A stretch of 64,000 nucleotides of DNA from a virus. Its lineage: Duplodnaviria > Caudoviricetes. The notes below the pieces were generated by a model. The model did not search any database, was not told where the DNA came from, and saw only the letters and a list, made by a program, of their open reading frames with translations. A program made the translations under genes and the position numbers. Location: positions 143,930 to 207,929 of the IMG/VR virus record IMGVR_UViG_3300031998_000008; one strand, given 5' to 3'. This document shows positions 47,079 to 57,530 of this stretch, piece by piece. Position 1 is the stretch's first letter; every line of letters begins with the position of its first letter.

Positions 47079-48380
47079 ATGGCAAAAATTAAAAATAAGC
47101 TTGAAAACGATAATAGCCATTATTTTACACAATGGGGCTCTAGAAATGTAAAACTTACATTTAACGAAGAAATGGACAATATACTTGGCGCAAAGCCTAC
47201 CATTGCAGGTGTGTCATTTAAAGAAGAAATTGTTGGAAATACGAATACAATGGAAACATTTAATGACGGGATGATTCCAAGCCATACTAGAGTTAGAGAT
47301 ATGTACAAAATTGGACGAACCATGTCTGATAATCATGGCGTTTCAATTTGCGGTGTTGGACAAATTGAGTCAATTGTGGCCGGTAGAAAATCGGCAAAGG
47401 CAATTGGAACTTTAACAGTAAAAGTTGTGTATAATGGCGAATATAGCGTTTTTACTTGCATAGCAAATGGAAAAGATTTTTCAATTAACTGTGAATATGA
47501 TGAGCCAAAACCATGTGACGAACCGAATTGCATAAAGAAAACATTCGAAGGCCAAAAAAAACTTACAAAAAAAGAATTGGAAGAATTAAAAATAATTGCT
47601 GCGATAAAAATTTATCCATATTCTTTAGAAAATCCAAATTTTAAATTTTATTTTAATAACGAACTACTTGACCCATTTGATGTTATGTATGGTGATGTTG
47701 TTGATGACAGATTGAAAAGGTTCAAAAAGGATTATAATCTTAAATTTCATAACAAAACAATATCTTGTAAACTACATATGATTGATTGTGCAAGATATGT
47801 AAAACCAAACGGGTTTGAAATTGACGAAGATAACGCAAACGATTTTGACAAATTTTATAGAATGTCAAGTGATTGCACCGGCGCTTTTGTTAACTATGAC
47901 AATAATCTTGTTATGTATGGCGGTGAATCTTCGTGGGGGTTCTTTGGAGATAAATACCATTCAACACACAACGGGCAAAAAGTAATGCTTACTTTTGGAT
48001 GTAATAATGACTTAAAATCTGAAATATTTTCAGAAAGTCCCGACAAGAAAAATGTAAAATTCGGAATTCAAGATGTTGTTGATTACGATGGAACAAAAAT
48101 CTTTGAAGAGGTTATTTCAGATATTAACGAACATATTGAACAATGGACAGAAGAACGTTCAAAAGTTGATGAAAATGGTGAAAAAATAGATAGTGAAAGT
48201 GAAAAGAAAATATACGAAAGCATTTTACAAGATGAAAAAATTGCAAATTTATTAAAAAATTTGTACACTTCTTTAAGTAAAGAACAGTTTTTCGTTTTTT
48301 CAAAGAAAAAAATGAACACCATTTTCAATGATACAGGGTGTACTAAAAATAAGTGTGTACAATGCAAATTAAATGTCTAA
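47079..48380 (+). CDS. GHKL/MORC-like ATPase-fold protein (degenerate)
   Basis: FNEEMDNI, FNDGM, HGVSICGVG. Confidence 0.45.
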   Translation: MAKIKNKLENDNSHYFTQWGSRNVKLTFNEEMDNILGAKPTIAGVSFKEEIVGNTNTMETFNDGMIPSHTRVRDMYKIGRTMSDNHGVSICGVGQIESIVAGRKSAKAIGTLTVKVVYNGEYSVFTCIANGKDFSINCEYDEPKPCDEPNCIKKTFEGQKKLTKKELEELKIIAAIKIYPYSLENPNFKFYFNNELLDPFDVMYGDVVDDRLKRFKKDYNLKFHNKTISCKLHMIDCARYVKPNGFEIDEDNANDFDKFYRMSSDCTGAFVNYDNNLVMYGGESSWGFFGDKYHSTHNGQKVMLTFGCNNDLKSEIFSESPDKKNVKFGIQDVVDYDGTKIFEEVISDINEHIEQWTEERSKVDENGEKIDSESEKKIYESILQDEKIANLLKNLYTSLSKEQFFVFSKKKMNTIFNDTGCTKNKCVQCKLNV

Positions 48381-49353
48381 TAAACGTGAATTAGGACAAT
48401 ACTATACAATAGAAAATCCATTTAACCATCCACTCTTTCATGAATGGATGGATTTTGTGGATAAAAACATTCAAATATTGGAACCGTTTGCTGGTGCAAA
48501 CAATATTTTGAAACTTGTTGAAGAAAGTGGATATAATTTAAATTGGTCATGTTATGACATTAGTCCATCAGACAAACCTGTATATGAATGTAACATAACA
48601 AAACAAGACACAATAGAGAATTTTCCATTAGGATATGAAACTTGTATAACAAATCCACCATATCTTGGAAAAAGTTCAGCAAGAAGAAGGCACATAGATT
48701 ATCCATGGGAAGAAGATGACCTATATAAAGTATGCATGAATCTTATTTTGGACAATTGCAATTATGCTGCATTAATCATACCTGAAAGTTTCATAACATC
48801 AGACATTCATCACAAGACTGAAAACACAAAAAGACTATGGGGAGTTATATCACTTACAAACAAAATGTTTAATGACACTAATTGCCCTGTTTGCCTTGCA
48901 ATGTTTACACCTGAAGGAACTGATAACGTAAAAGTATATTCAAATGACATTTTTCTTGGAACGTTGTCAGAATTGCAAAATATTGATGTAACAGGATGTA
49001 CAACTTCAAATCAGTGGGTGTTCAATGATAAAGAAGGAAATATAGGAGTTAAAACAGTTGACGGTCAAATAGAATCTGATTGCAAATTTTTCCATGGAGA
49101 AGAAATAGACCCATCATTGATTAAAATATCAAGTAGAGCATTCTCAAGAATATCCGGCCTACCATCAAACATTGACCGTGATGAATTTATCCATGAATGT
49201 AACAATATACTCAACGAATACAGGGAACAGACAAAAGACGTAATGCTTACATCATTCAAGGGCCTTAGAAAAGATGGAAAATATAGAAGAAGACTTGACT
49301 TCAAAACAGTTAAATGCATAATGAATAAAGCATTAATAAATTTGAAAAAGTAA
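48373..49353 (+). CDS. N6-adenine DNA methyltransferase
   Basis: LGQYYT, LEPFAGAN, ITNPPY, IIPESF. Confidence 0.85.
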   Translation: MSNKRELGQYYTIENPFNHPLFHEWMDFVDKNIQILEPFAGANNILKLVEESGYNLNWSCYDISPSDKPVYECNITKQDTIENFPLGYETCITNPPYLGKSSARRRHIDYPWEEDDLYKVCMNLILDNCNYAALIIPESFITSDIHHKTENTKRLWGVISLTNKMFNDTNCPVCLAMFTPEGTDNVKVYSNDIFLGTLSELQNIDVTGCTTSNQWVFNDKEGNIGVKTVDGQIESDCKFFHGEEIDPSLIKISSRAFSRISGLPSNIDRDEFIHECNNILNEYREQTKDVMLTSFKGLRKDGKYRRRLDFKTVKCIMNKALINLKK

Positions 49354-49411
49354 AAACAATAATCCCTAATAGAGTACTGTTAATTCAGTTTTTCTATTAG
49401 GGATTTTTTCT

Positions 49412-50554
49412 TTATTGAAGCGGTGAGTATAAACCTAAATTCATATCAGGTGTAATCTCGGCATCACCATTCATTTCCATGTTCTTCATACCCTCGTTGG
49501 CAATAAACTCATCTATGACTTCGTTTATTATGCTTTTCATGTCTTTTTTGCCCTCGCTGACATAATTTGACGGGTTGCTTATAATCCTACTAACTGTTTC
49601 GTCACTCATCTTTGGAAAACGTTCCTTAATTTTGCTTATTAATTCGCTCTCAGACGTGAATTCACATTCAAATGACCCATTAGTCGTTTTTATCACAAAA
49701 ATGCGTCTGGGGGCCATTTCTGCGTCTATATCGGCATTATTATCATTATCATTTCCATCATCTTCTCCAATATTCAATAATTTTTTCAATTCATCTATCC
49801 AAGGCTTGTCTGTAATATCCCAATATCTCCATGTTCTCATTATTTTAGTATAGCCTTTTGAAAACAAAAAATCAATTACATCTGAATTGTTTGTAACAAT
49901 ACTTGGTTCACCTTTTTTTGAATGATGAAGACTTATTGAATTAACCAAATTTTGGTCCTTTGAAATTGTCAAACGTATTTCTCCATTTTTAAGGAACGTA
50001 ACAACAGCATATGATGCTGATTTCTTATTTGCAAGCCTCTTTTCTTTTCTTGCTTTCATTTCATCGTTCAATTCCAATTCTGACATCTGTTCGGCGCTTG
50101 CAAGCCTTTGTATGGTAAACAAGCCATTGGACCTTGCTGATACAATTTGGCCTATCTCCCTAAATTCCCTACCATGGGCTTGTGTAGGAGCCCAACCATA
50201 CATATATGTATAATAGTGGCACATCTCATGGGCCAAAGTACAAAGGAATCCATGTTCAGTACCTGAATAATTTCCATTCAATTCAATTTTAGGAATACAT
50301 ATATTAACAAAATTATCTTTGTCAATATATTCCCTATTGTAATAATTGTCTTGGTACATTCTCCTTGTACGCCTGTCTATCCTAATTCTGCTTCCTGTAA
50401 TCTTAAACCAACCAAGAACACCACCACCTGAGCCTCTTCCTGTTGTGAATATTCCAAATTTACACTCCATCAAACGCCCATTGAATAATGTGGCATTTAA
50501 TTCATCATACTTCTCAGACATCCATTGCTCGTTTGGAACAAAATTCTTTTCCAT
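49412..50554 (-). CDS. SprT-like zinc metalloprotease domain protein
   Basis: LNATLFNGRL, TLAHEMCH, AHGREF. Confidence 0.8.
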   Translation of the reverse strand: MEKNFVPNEQWMSEKYDELNATLFNGRLMECKFGIFTTGRGSGGGVLGWFKITGSRIRIDRRTRRMYQDNYYNREYIDKDNFVNICIPKIELNGNYSGTEHGFLCTLAHEMCHYYTYMYGWAPTQAHGREFREIGQIVSARSNGLFTIQRLASAEQMSELELNDEMKARKEKRLANKKSASYAVVTFLKNGEIRLTISKDQNLVNSISLHHSKKGEPSIVTNNSDVIDFLFSKGYTKIMRTWRYWDITDKPWIDELKKLLNIGEDDGNDNDNNADIDAEMAPRRIFVIKTTNGSFECEFTSESELISKIKERFPKMSDETVSRIISNPSNYVSEGKKDMKSIINEVIDEFIANEGMKNMEMNGDAEITPDMNLGLYSPLQ

Positions 50555-50563
50555 ATAAAAATT

Positions 50564-50884
50564 TTATTTATTCAATCCATTATATTTTTCACCTAACATA
50601 TCAGATACTATAGTTTCACAATATTCCTTGAATCCACCAGGATATTGTGATTTATATTCGTCATCCAAATCATTTTCCCATTCCTCTAATAAATGACGAT
50701 AGAACTGAAATATTTCTTCCTCATCATCCCTGTACCTGTCTTCTATCTCTCTGTACATAGACAAAAAATCTTCAGGAGAATAATCATCATCATTATCATT
50801 GTTAAAATAGTTCTCATTTAACAATTTAATAACAGACCCTGAAATAACACGTGCCAATCGTGATTCATTTATATTAATTTTCAT
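50564..50884 (-). CDS. hypothetical acidic protein (probably virion-associated)
   Basis: MKININESRL...KLLNE leader; ACTATTTAT upstream. Confidence 0.7.
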   Translation of the reverse strand: MKININESRLARVISGSVIKLLNENYFNNDNDDDYSPEDFLSMYREIEDRYRDDEEEIFQFYRHLLEEWENDLDDEYKSQYPGGFKEYCETIVSDMLGEKYNGLNK

Positions 50885-51350
50885 TATATTTCATTTTCAC
50901 ATAAATAGTCTAATTTTACACTAAAAAAATATATGGAAAAATTTTTTCGAAAAGTAGTACCTACTGAAAAAAAAGACCCCCCCCTCATGGAAAATCGTTT
51001 TTTTTAGGTGTTATCCGTGGAATTTTTTTTGAATTTTAATTTTAATTGGTCTTACCCTACGTTTGGCCGAAATTTCCGGAAAAAATTTTCACACGCAATT
51101 GTGCGGGCCTATTTGAAAAAAGTGCCGTGGGGGACTCGGTGAGGGGGATAACGCCACCACATAGCCCCCATATAGCCCCCACAAGTATATTTTTTTCTTC
51201 CATATTGTTGCAGTTTGGCACGATTGTTGCAGTGTATTGTAGTGTTCATTCTGTTCTTGATTAAGGAAACAAAAAAAAAGTTTCAAGCCGTGAGCAGTTT
51301 GGCACAATTATTGTAAGAGTAATAGTATAACCAATTAAAATTAAAAAGTC

Positions 51351-51932
51351 ATGGAAACAACCGCAAGAAAGTACAAGAAAGAAACCTTCATTGAATATGC
51401 CAAGCACATTGTAGAAGGATATAAGACAATCATTGCAGCCTACGGAGTAATTTCGAAGGTTGGCTTGACGATGCACGGAAAAGTTTTCAACAAGCGTTTT
51501 GAAAGTGAGATTGAAAAACACTGCAAGGAAGAAGGTATCAATGTTTCTATTTGGGTGAACGACCAATATAATATGGGGTATAAAGATTTGAAGATTTACC
51601 TCCAAGACAGGTCTTTCAATGGCGGCGATTGTTGGATTTACTTCGACAATGACATCTACCACAACAACATTCACAACTGCAACAATGCCTTCGTTGATGG
51701 CGACAATAGAATCATTGGCGTTAAGGTTGCCGAAACTTGCAATGAATATATTGAACTTTGCAAGAAAGACATGACAAAGTGGCAGGATGCGGCAGACAAC
51801 TATGACAAATATGCAGAGCAGGTGACAGCCGCTTTGAAGCAGTTGAATGAAGCCTTTGAAGGTCTTAACTCACTTTTCAAGCCTTACACCATTTCCCAAT
51901 ATGATTGGGAGAATGAAGCGAAGAAAAAATAA
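51351..51932 (+). CDS. hypothetical protein
   Basis: Follows promoter motif and A-rich leader. Confidence 0.8.
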   Translation: METTARKYKKETFIEYAKHIVEGYKTIIAAYGVISKVGLTMHGKVFNKRFESEIEKHCKEEGINVSIWVNDQYNMGYKDLKIYLQDRSFNGGDCWIYFDNDIYHNNIHNCNNAFVDGDNRIIGVKVAETCNEYIELCKKDMTKWQDAADNYDKYAEQVTAALKQLNEAFEGLNSLFKPYTISQYDWENEAKKK

Positions 51933-52073
51933 TATACGCAAATGCGTACTTTGGCACGGAATTTGTAAGTAGTAATATCGAAACAATCAATAACCCAAAA
52001 CACTGACGGAGGCGGTTGGTGTCCACAAACAAAGTGGTTTAATTACCTTGAAGGAAGGATAGCCTAAAACAAC

Positions 52074-52403
52074 ATGGTTAAAATGATTCTCGTTGCTATG
52101 GTTGGAAAACTCGCTCAAACCATTATGAACATGATGGGCGTTCCGAACTCCACTGAAAACACCGAAAAAGCCCTCGCCATTGCCGAATGCGTTGTTTCGG
52201 TTGAAATGGGTGAAAAGAAAACGAAGGCAATCTCAAAACTCTATCGTGACCTCGGCTTGAATGGTTGGCGCAACGAAGCCATGACACACGCCACCATCGA
52301 AGCCTACGAGAATGTCAAAAAGTCAGGCGGTGACGAATTGGCAGTTTTGCTCGAAGTTGAGCGATTGAGAACGGGAGCCGACTTTGTGGGTCTTGAACTC
52401 TAA
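52074..52403 (+). CDS. hypothetical protein
   Basis: Follows promoter motif; terminator after. Confidence 0.75.
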   Translation: MVKMILVAMVGKLAQTIMNMMGVPNSTENTEKALAIAECVVSVEMGEKKTKAISKLYRDLGLNGWRNEAMTHATIEAYENVKKSGGDELAVLLEVERLRTGADFVGLEL

Positions 52404-52528
52404 ACGAACAAGGGAAAAGGGGAAGCAAAAAAAAGTTTCCCCTTTTTTCGTTTTTTGAAAATCCTGGCACAATTATTGCTTATATTGTAGTGAACATTAT
52501 TTATTAACCCAATTAAAAACACAAAACT

Positions 52529-52804
52529 ATGAAAATGAAAGCCACTTTTTTCGTAATGTCAATGACTGAATTTGTTGATGGAGTTGAATACCACAACAAG
52601 CCGACAGCGCACAGCAACGAACAAGAAGCCGAAGCAGCCATGAACAAAAAGGCTGATGAATGGATTTCAACATTCAAGGGGATTGATGATTTCAAGCCGA
52701 AAGATGCAAGAACTTGCGACACCATCGAAGTCAAAGATGAAAACGCACCCGACACCTACATCAAGATTTGGATTGACAAGGTGAGTTTGGAAGTTGAAAT
52801 TTAA
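52529..52804 (+). CDS. hypothetical protein
   Basis: Follows promoter motif; terminator after. Confidence 0.75.
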   Translation: MKMKATFFVMSMTEFVDGVEYHNKPTAHSNEQEAEAAMNKKADEWISTFKGIDDFKPKDARTCDTIEVKDENAPDTYIKIWIDKVSLEVEI

Positions 52805-52907
52805 TCAACAAAAAAAAATAATGGCGGTGCTAAAAAAAGTGCCGCCATTTTTCATTTTTGGAATGGTTTTTGTATTCTATTGTAGTGAACACTAAAACAC
52901 AAATGCT

Positions 52908-53195
52908 ATGTTTACGAAGTATCGCAAAAGAAACAATCAAAGACTTCTATTCATTGACAACACAATAATGATTGAAGAGGGCAGTACTATCATTGCCATT
53001 GGCAGAGAGAACAAAATGTTTTCAACTGAAAAGACCATTGCCTTTGACATTGCCACCATTGAGGGAGCAGACAAGAATATGATAAAAAGGTTTGTCAAGA
53101 CCGCATTACTTTACAATAACGATAAACGGATTTTAAATTATAATTTTTTGGAAGAAAAAGAATTAAATTACAAGCCAAAACTTACATTTTCGTGA
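52908..53195 (+). CDS. hypothetical protein
   Basis: Follows variant promoter motif. Confidence 0.7.
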   Translation: MFTKYRKRNNQRLLFIDNTIMIEEGSTIIAIGRENKMFSTEKTIAFDIATIEGADKNMIKRFVKTALLYNNDKRILNYNFLEEKELNYKPKLTFS

Positions 53196-53243
53196 ATTTT
53201 TGGCATGATATTTGTGTATTATTATAGTGAACATTAAAAACGA

Positions 53244-53480
53244 ATGACTATGAACTACGAAGAACTTGTTTCCAAAGTTGGCGAAGAGAACGTACATTGC
53301 TGCAACATTTGTGGCAAACCGCTTGAATGGGACGATAACATTTGGATAAATTCCAATTTTGGAGTTTGTGAAGATTGTTACAACAAAATTCCCCAAAGGA
53401 TTCAAGATAAGATAGAAGAAGAATTGTACGAGGAGGAAGAGGTGAAAAATTATCTTGATTCAGTTGGCGCAATCTATTAG
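53244..53480 (+). CDS. Small zinc-finger-like protein
   Basis: CCNICG..VCEDC; TAG stop. Confidence 0.7.
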   Translation: MTMNYEELVSKVGEENVHCCNICGKPLEWDDNIWINSNFGVCEDCYNKIPQRIQDKIEEELYEEEEVKNYLDSVGAIY

Positions 53481-53530
53481 TTTGGCACGATTATTGATGT
53501 ATATTAAAGTGAACGTAAAAACACAAAACC

Positions 53531-53764
53531 ATGAGTAAATTAGTCAATGGCACTTGCCCCGAAAACGAAAAGCGTTTTGCTATCATTAACCCTACATCAT
53601 ATAATTGTGATGGTAATTGGGCGGTCACTATCTGCGAAAGCAATGAACTTGGCGACCTCGGTCTTGACGATGACGAAATCAAGCAGGTTGAGCAGTTGGA
53701 AGTTGGCGAAAGATGGGCGGAATCTTTTTATGGATTGAACGCACAAATTGTTAGGTTGGGATAG
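53531..53764 (+). CDS. hypothetical protein
   Basis: Follows promoter motif; TAG stop. Confidence 0.7.
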   Translation: MSKLVNGTCPENEKRFAIINPTSYNCDGNWAVTICESNELGDLGLDDDEIKQVEQLEVGERWAESFYGLNAQIVRLG

Positions 53765-53956
53765 CAGTTTGGCACGATTGTTGCTTATTATTTCAGTGAA
53801 CAATTAAATAACAAAAGCAATGGGAGAGTTTATACTTGGTTTTTTAGTTGGATTTATGGCAATGTTCTTGATTGCTTGCAAGATGGATGAACCTACAAAA
53901 TAGTTTTGGCACGATTATTGTAAGTAATATAGTGTAACCAATTAAAATTAAATACC

Positions 53957-54133
53957 ATGAGTAAAGTTTATATGAAGGTCACGCTCAACTTGATTGTTGA
54001 TACTGACATTCCCGAAACGGCAGACATTATGGAAGGTCTTGATTTTGAAGTCACTCCTAATGGTGAGGCTGACGATGACATTGAAGTTTACGATGTGGAA
54101 GTGGAAGATTACGAAGTAACCGATTCAAAATAA
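53957..54133 (+). CDS. hypothetical acidic protein (58 aa)
   Basis: MSKVYMKV...VTDSK read by eye after promoter motif. Confidence 0.65.
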   Translation: MSKVYMKVTLNLIVDTDIPETADIMEGLDFEVTPNGEADDDIEVYDVEVEDYEVTDSK

Positions 54134-54139
54134 AAAGCC

Positions 54140-54334
54140 ATGAGACTTAAAATAATAGAATTGATTTGGTCAGCCATTTTGGTAATTGCTTGCATTTCAA
54201 TTTTGATTTGGCAGATTATCATTAAGTCACCGATTTTCGTAATTGGAATGTTCGCTTTCATGGCAATTATGGCCTTGATTATTCTTGTCCATATCATCAA
54301 AGAAATAAAGGAGGAAAAACATGGGAAACAATAG
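54140..54334 (+). CDS. Small membrane protein
   Basis: Two hydrophobic segments. Confidence 0.65.
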   Translation: MRLKIIELIWSAILVIACISILIWQIIIKSPIFVIGMFAFMAIMALIILVHIIKEIKEEKHGKQ

Positions 54335-54593
54335 CCTTTGGATTGTGAAGTTTGCAAGTGAGAAACGGGAGCAGCCGAATTTCCCCAATTTTACGAATCT
54401 CAATGCAGCCAAAACGTACTGCAATTCAGTCCTTTCCGATTACGGCAAGAAAAAGCATTTGGACGGAGGCGAAATTCTCCACGTTGTAAATGGCGAAATC
54501 ATTTCAAAGGTTGCTGTGGACTACGTTGGATTTGATGAATTGTATTACAGCGATGTTCACATTCTCCATAAAAAAATCCCATACAAAGGATAA
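54321..54593 (+). CDS. hypothetical protein
   Basis: Overlaps previous stop. Confidence 0.65.
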   Translation: MGNNSLWIVKFASEKREQPNFPNFTNLNAAKTYCNSVLSDYGKKKHLDGGEILHVVNGEIISKVAVDYVGFDELYYSDVHILHKKIPYKG

Positions 54594-54668
54594 TATATAC
54601 GCAATTGCGTACTACTTTGGCACGATATTTGATTATAATTAAAGTGAAATCATTAAATAATTAGAATT

Positions 54669-54869
54669 ATGACTTTTGTAGCAGCCATTCAATTAATTTT
54701 ATTGTGCATCCAACTAACGTTCTTGGCAGGAACGATTTACTCAACCACTAAAAAGGGCGAGGAACAAATCAAGAAAGAATTTAAAATGGAAACCCAAAAG
54801 TTCAGAAACATTTGCCTATACGGAAACTTGGGTTGCATGGCAATCATTTTGTTGCTGAATCTTTTCTAA
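54669..54869 (+). CDS. Small membrane protein
   Basis: Follows promoter motif. Confidence 0.65.
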   Translation: MTFVAAIQLILLCIQLTFLAGTIYSTTKKGEEQIKKEFKMETQKFRNICLYGNLGCMAIILLLNLF

Positions 54870-55070
54870 AAGTTTGGCACGATATTTGATAAAGAAACAA
54901 TGACGATGTTATCGGGAATGGTAAGTTCGCCCTATGCGAAGGGAGGTCTTTGGTGAGATTCCAAAGGGTAGCGCTAATCGTCATGCTTGCGCAAGCCCCC
55001 CATGTGTCCCTTGGTCGCAATACAAGGGACACCCTTGGGGAATAGAAAACAACAACAAAAACATAAAACT

Positions 55071-55394
55071 ATGAGAATCAATTTCAACATCAAGCCATAC
55101 TCCGATTTTACGGGAATTGGCACTAAAAAAGAAGCACTTGCACGTCTTGAAAGCCGATGGGGACTTCGTGCGGTTCCTAATTGCTTTTCGACTTATGGAG
55201 ATTTCCAACATCGTGGACTTGACAATGATACCGCTTGGCTCTACACCATTCAAGTGTATAAGCACGGCAAGCATCGCAAATGCAAGAATTATCATGTTTG
55301 GGTCTATCGTGTTCCGATTAAGACTTTGGAAGTTCTTGGAATCAAGATGAGCCAAATGCGCAACGGAATCAAGATTGAAAAACTCAATAAGTAA
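55071..55394 (+). CDS. hypothetical basic protein
   Basis: ATG after A-rich leader at 55071. Confidence 0.65.
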   Translation: MRINFNIKPYSDFTGIGTKKEALARLESRWGLRAVPNCFSTYGDFQHRGLDNDTAWLYTIQVYKHGKHRKCKNYHVWVYRVPIKTLEVLGIKMSQMRNGIKIEKLNK

Positions 55395-56014
55395 ACCATG
55401 TTGTTTGCAGGGGAGGGACAAAAAAGTTTCTCCCCTTGCCCATTTTGGCACGATTCTTGTGTATTATTGTAGTGACAATTAAAATTAAAAGCCATGACAA
55501 AAGCAGAATGTATTTCAAGAGGTTGCCCGATGCTCATCAAAAAGAGAGACAAGGTTACGATGTTGCCTTATTGGGTCTGCGGTGTAACCAACCAAGACGT
55601 TAAGAAAGTCCATAACTGCGTAAACAAGCCACATTAAACCATGAACAAAGAAAGATTTATTGAAATTCTATCCAAGCCGATGAGCGAGGTAATGAATGAC
55701 CCAACTATCTCCGATGAAGAGTTTTCATTTTGCATGGAAAACTGCGAAAAAAATATTGACGAAATCGAATTTGACGAATAGTTTGGCATAGATTTTGATT
55801 ATTATTTTAGTGAACATTAAAACAAAACAACATGGGAACAAAGACTTACAAAGTAAACCGAAAAAAGGCAATCGAACTTGCCATGAATCATAACAATGTG
55901 ACAAGGGAGGTTGCTGAACGTTACACCGATAGCGAACTGAAGGAAGTGCTTGCTCATCTTTCGGGCAGATTCTTTAAGATGGAAGCCGATTTCTAACCAT
56001 TAAAACAATTAGCC

Positions 56015-56320
56015 ATGCAATTCAGCGAATTAAGAGAAAACATCATCACCAATCTTTGCACCGACATCATCAATAAGCAATTAGCGGCAATGTTAGCCAT
56101 GAATATTGACATGGAAACTTCGTTTGAAGAAAGCAAGGAGGAAATTGTAATCTTTACCAATTCCCATGTTGGATTTATCGGTGTTTCTTTCATTGAAGGA
56201 AATCTGCGCTTCATCAAAGGCGATGGTACAACCGTGTTGGCAAAAGATTATATTTCAAACGAATATTATTACGAAACCGTACTTCAAATTTGGTATGCTT
56301 TTCGGCACGATAGCAAATAG
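56015..56320 (+). CDS. hypothetical protein
   Basis: 101 aa; TAG stop. Confidence 0.7.
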   Translation: MQFSELRENIITNLCTDIINKQLAAMLAMNIDMETSFEESKEEIVIFTNSHVGFIGVSFIEGNLRFIKGDGTTVLAKDYISNEYYYETVLQIWYAFRHDSK

Positions 56321-56370
56321 TTTGGCATGATTATTGCTATAATTGAAGTGTAACAATTAAAATTATAATT

Positions 56371-56592
56371 ATGGCTACACAATCCGACATTGCGCTGATT
56401 AGTTCTAATCCATTTGTCATTAAAAAGGAGCATGGAACGAGACCTTCATATTTGAAGTCATTGCCGAATCATTTTACCGATGACATTTCGGAAGCGAGAA
56501 AGTTTGCGACTGAAACGGCAGCAAAGAACAATATGCTCAAAATCACAACCTATTCACTGAATCCAAACCATTATTCAATCATTAGGCTATGA
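56371..56592 (+). CDS. hypothetical protein
   Basis: Follows promoter motif. Confidence 0.65.
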   Translation: MATQSDIALISSNPFVIKKEHGTRPSYLKSLPNHFTDDISEARKFATETAAKNNMLKITTYSLNPNHYSIIRL

Positions 56593-56783
56593 GCAAAGAA
56601 AGAGACTTTAAGGGTGAACTGAAAGCCCTTCTTGAAGATGTTGCAAAAAGCGGATGGGAGGCAGCAATCCCCTCATTGATTGCAGAGTGCTTGAAAGACG
56701 GAAAGTTTGAAAATATCTCAAATTGGGATTTGTTGGACTGCACGGCTTATCAATGCCATAAGTATAAAAAGCAAATAAAATAA
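56589..56783 (+). CDS. hypothetical protein
   Basis: ATGA overlap. Confidence 0.65.
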   Translation: MSKERDFKGELKALLEDVAKSGWEAAIPSLIAECLKDGKFENISNWDLLDCTAYQCHKYKKQIK

Positions 56784-57194
56784 GTGTTCATATCTTTTGT
56801 GTTTTTGGCCGGAAATTTCTTGTAAGTTTCCGACTTTTTTTTATTACTTTGGCATGGTTTTTGTGTATTATTGTAGTGTATATTAAAACGAATCACCATG
56901 AACGACACACAAAAGATTGAAGCAATCAAAAAAGAGATTGAAAGCACTCACTTGAATACATTGGAGGATATGGGCGAAATGCTTGATAGCATCATCCGTA
57001 TTGTCTATGGAGTTGAAAAGACAAAACCATTATTTGAAAAGAAAGGGATTTGATTATGGAAATTTTATGTGCTTTTTTGCTTTTGTGTGTTATTGCAATG
57101 ACAATTACCTGCATTTATGTATCAAACAAAAGTCAAAAGGAAAATGATGAATTGAGGAAAGAACTCAATGAATTAAAATCTCAAATAGATAGTT

Positions 57195-57473
57195 ATGGTA
57201 ACGATAGATAGTTTGTTTCACTTGGTAAAGCATTATCATTTGGACGATGATGAAAATTGCTTTGACAAGGCGATAGAAATGGCAAGCAACCAACTTTCCG
57301 ATGTGTTGGAAAAGGAAAGGGAATATCCACCATTTATTTACTATTTGTGCTTGGAGCAAATGGAGAAGAATCCAAAGTACAAGTTTGGCAAAACATTTCA
57401 TTCAATGAATGATGAAGAAAAAACTTGTGTATTCAATGAAACAATTTCAGCATTGAAAGCACTTTTGGCATAG
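57195..57473 (+). CDS. hypothetical protein
   Basis: 92 aa; TAG stop. Confidence 0.65.
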   Translation: MVTIDSLFHLVKHYHLDDDENCFDKAIEMASNQLSDVLEKEREYPPFIYYLCLEQMEKNPKYKFGKTFHSMNDEEKTCVFNETISALKALLA

Positions 57474-57530
57474 TTTTTGATTATAATTTGAGTACAAACA
57501 AACACATTATTAACTTAAATCTAAATTACA

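Noticed and set aside
1-50884. Wholesale TAG-to-Gln recoding (code 15) in this window
   Set aside because: Genes of 500-890 aa are intact under the standard code with no internal TAG
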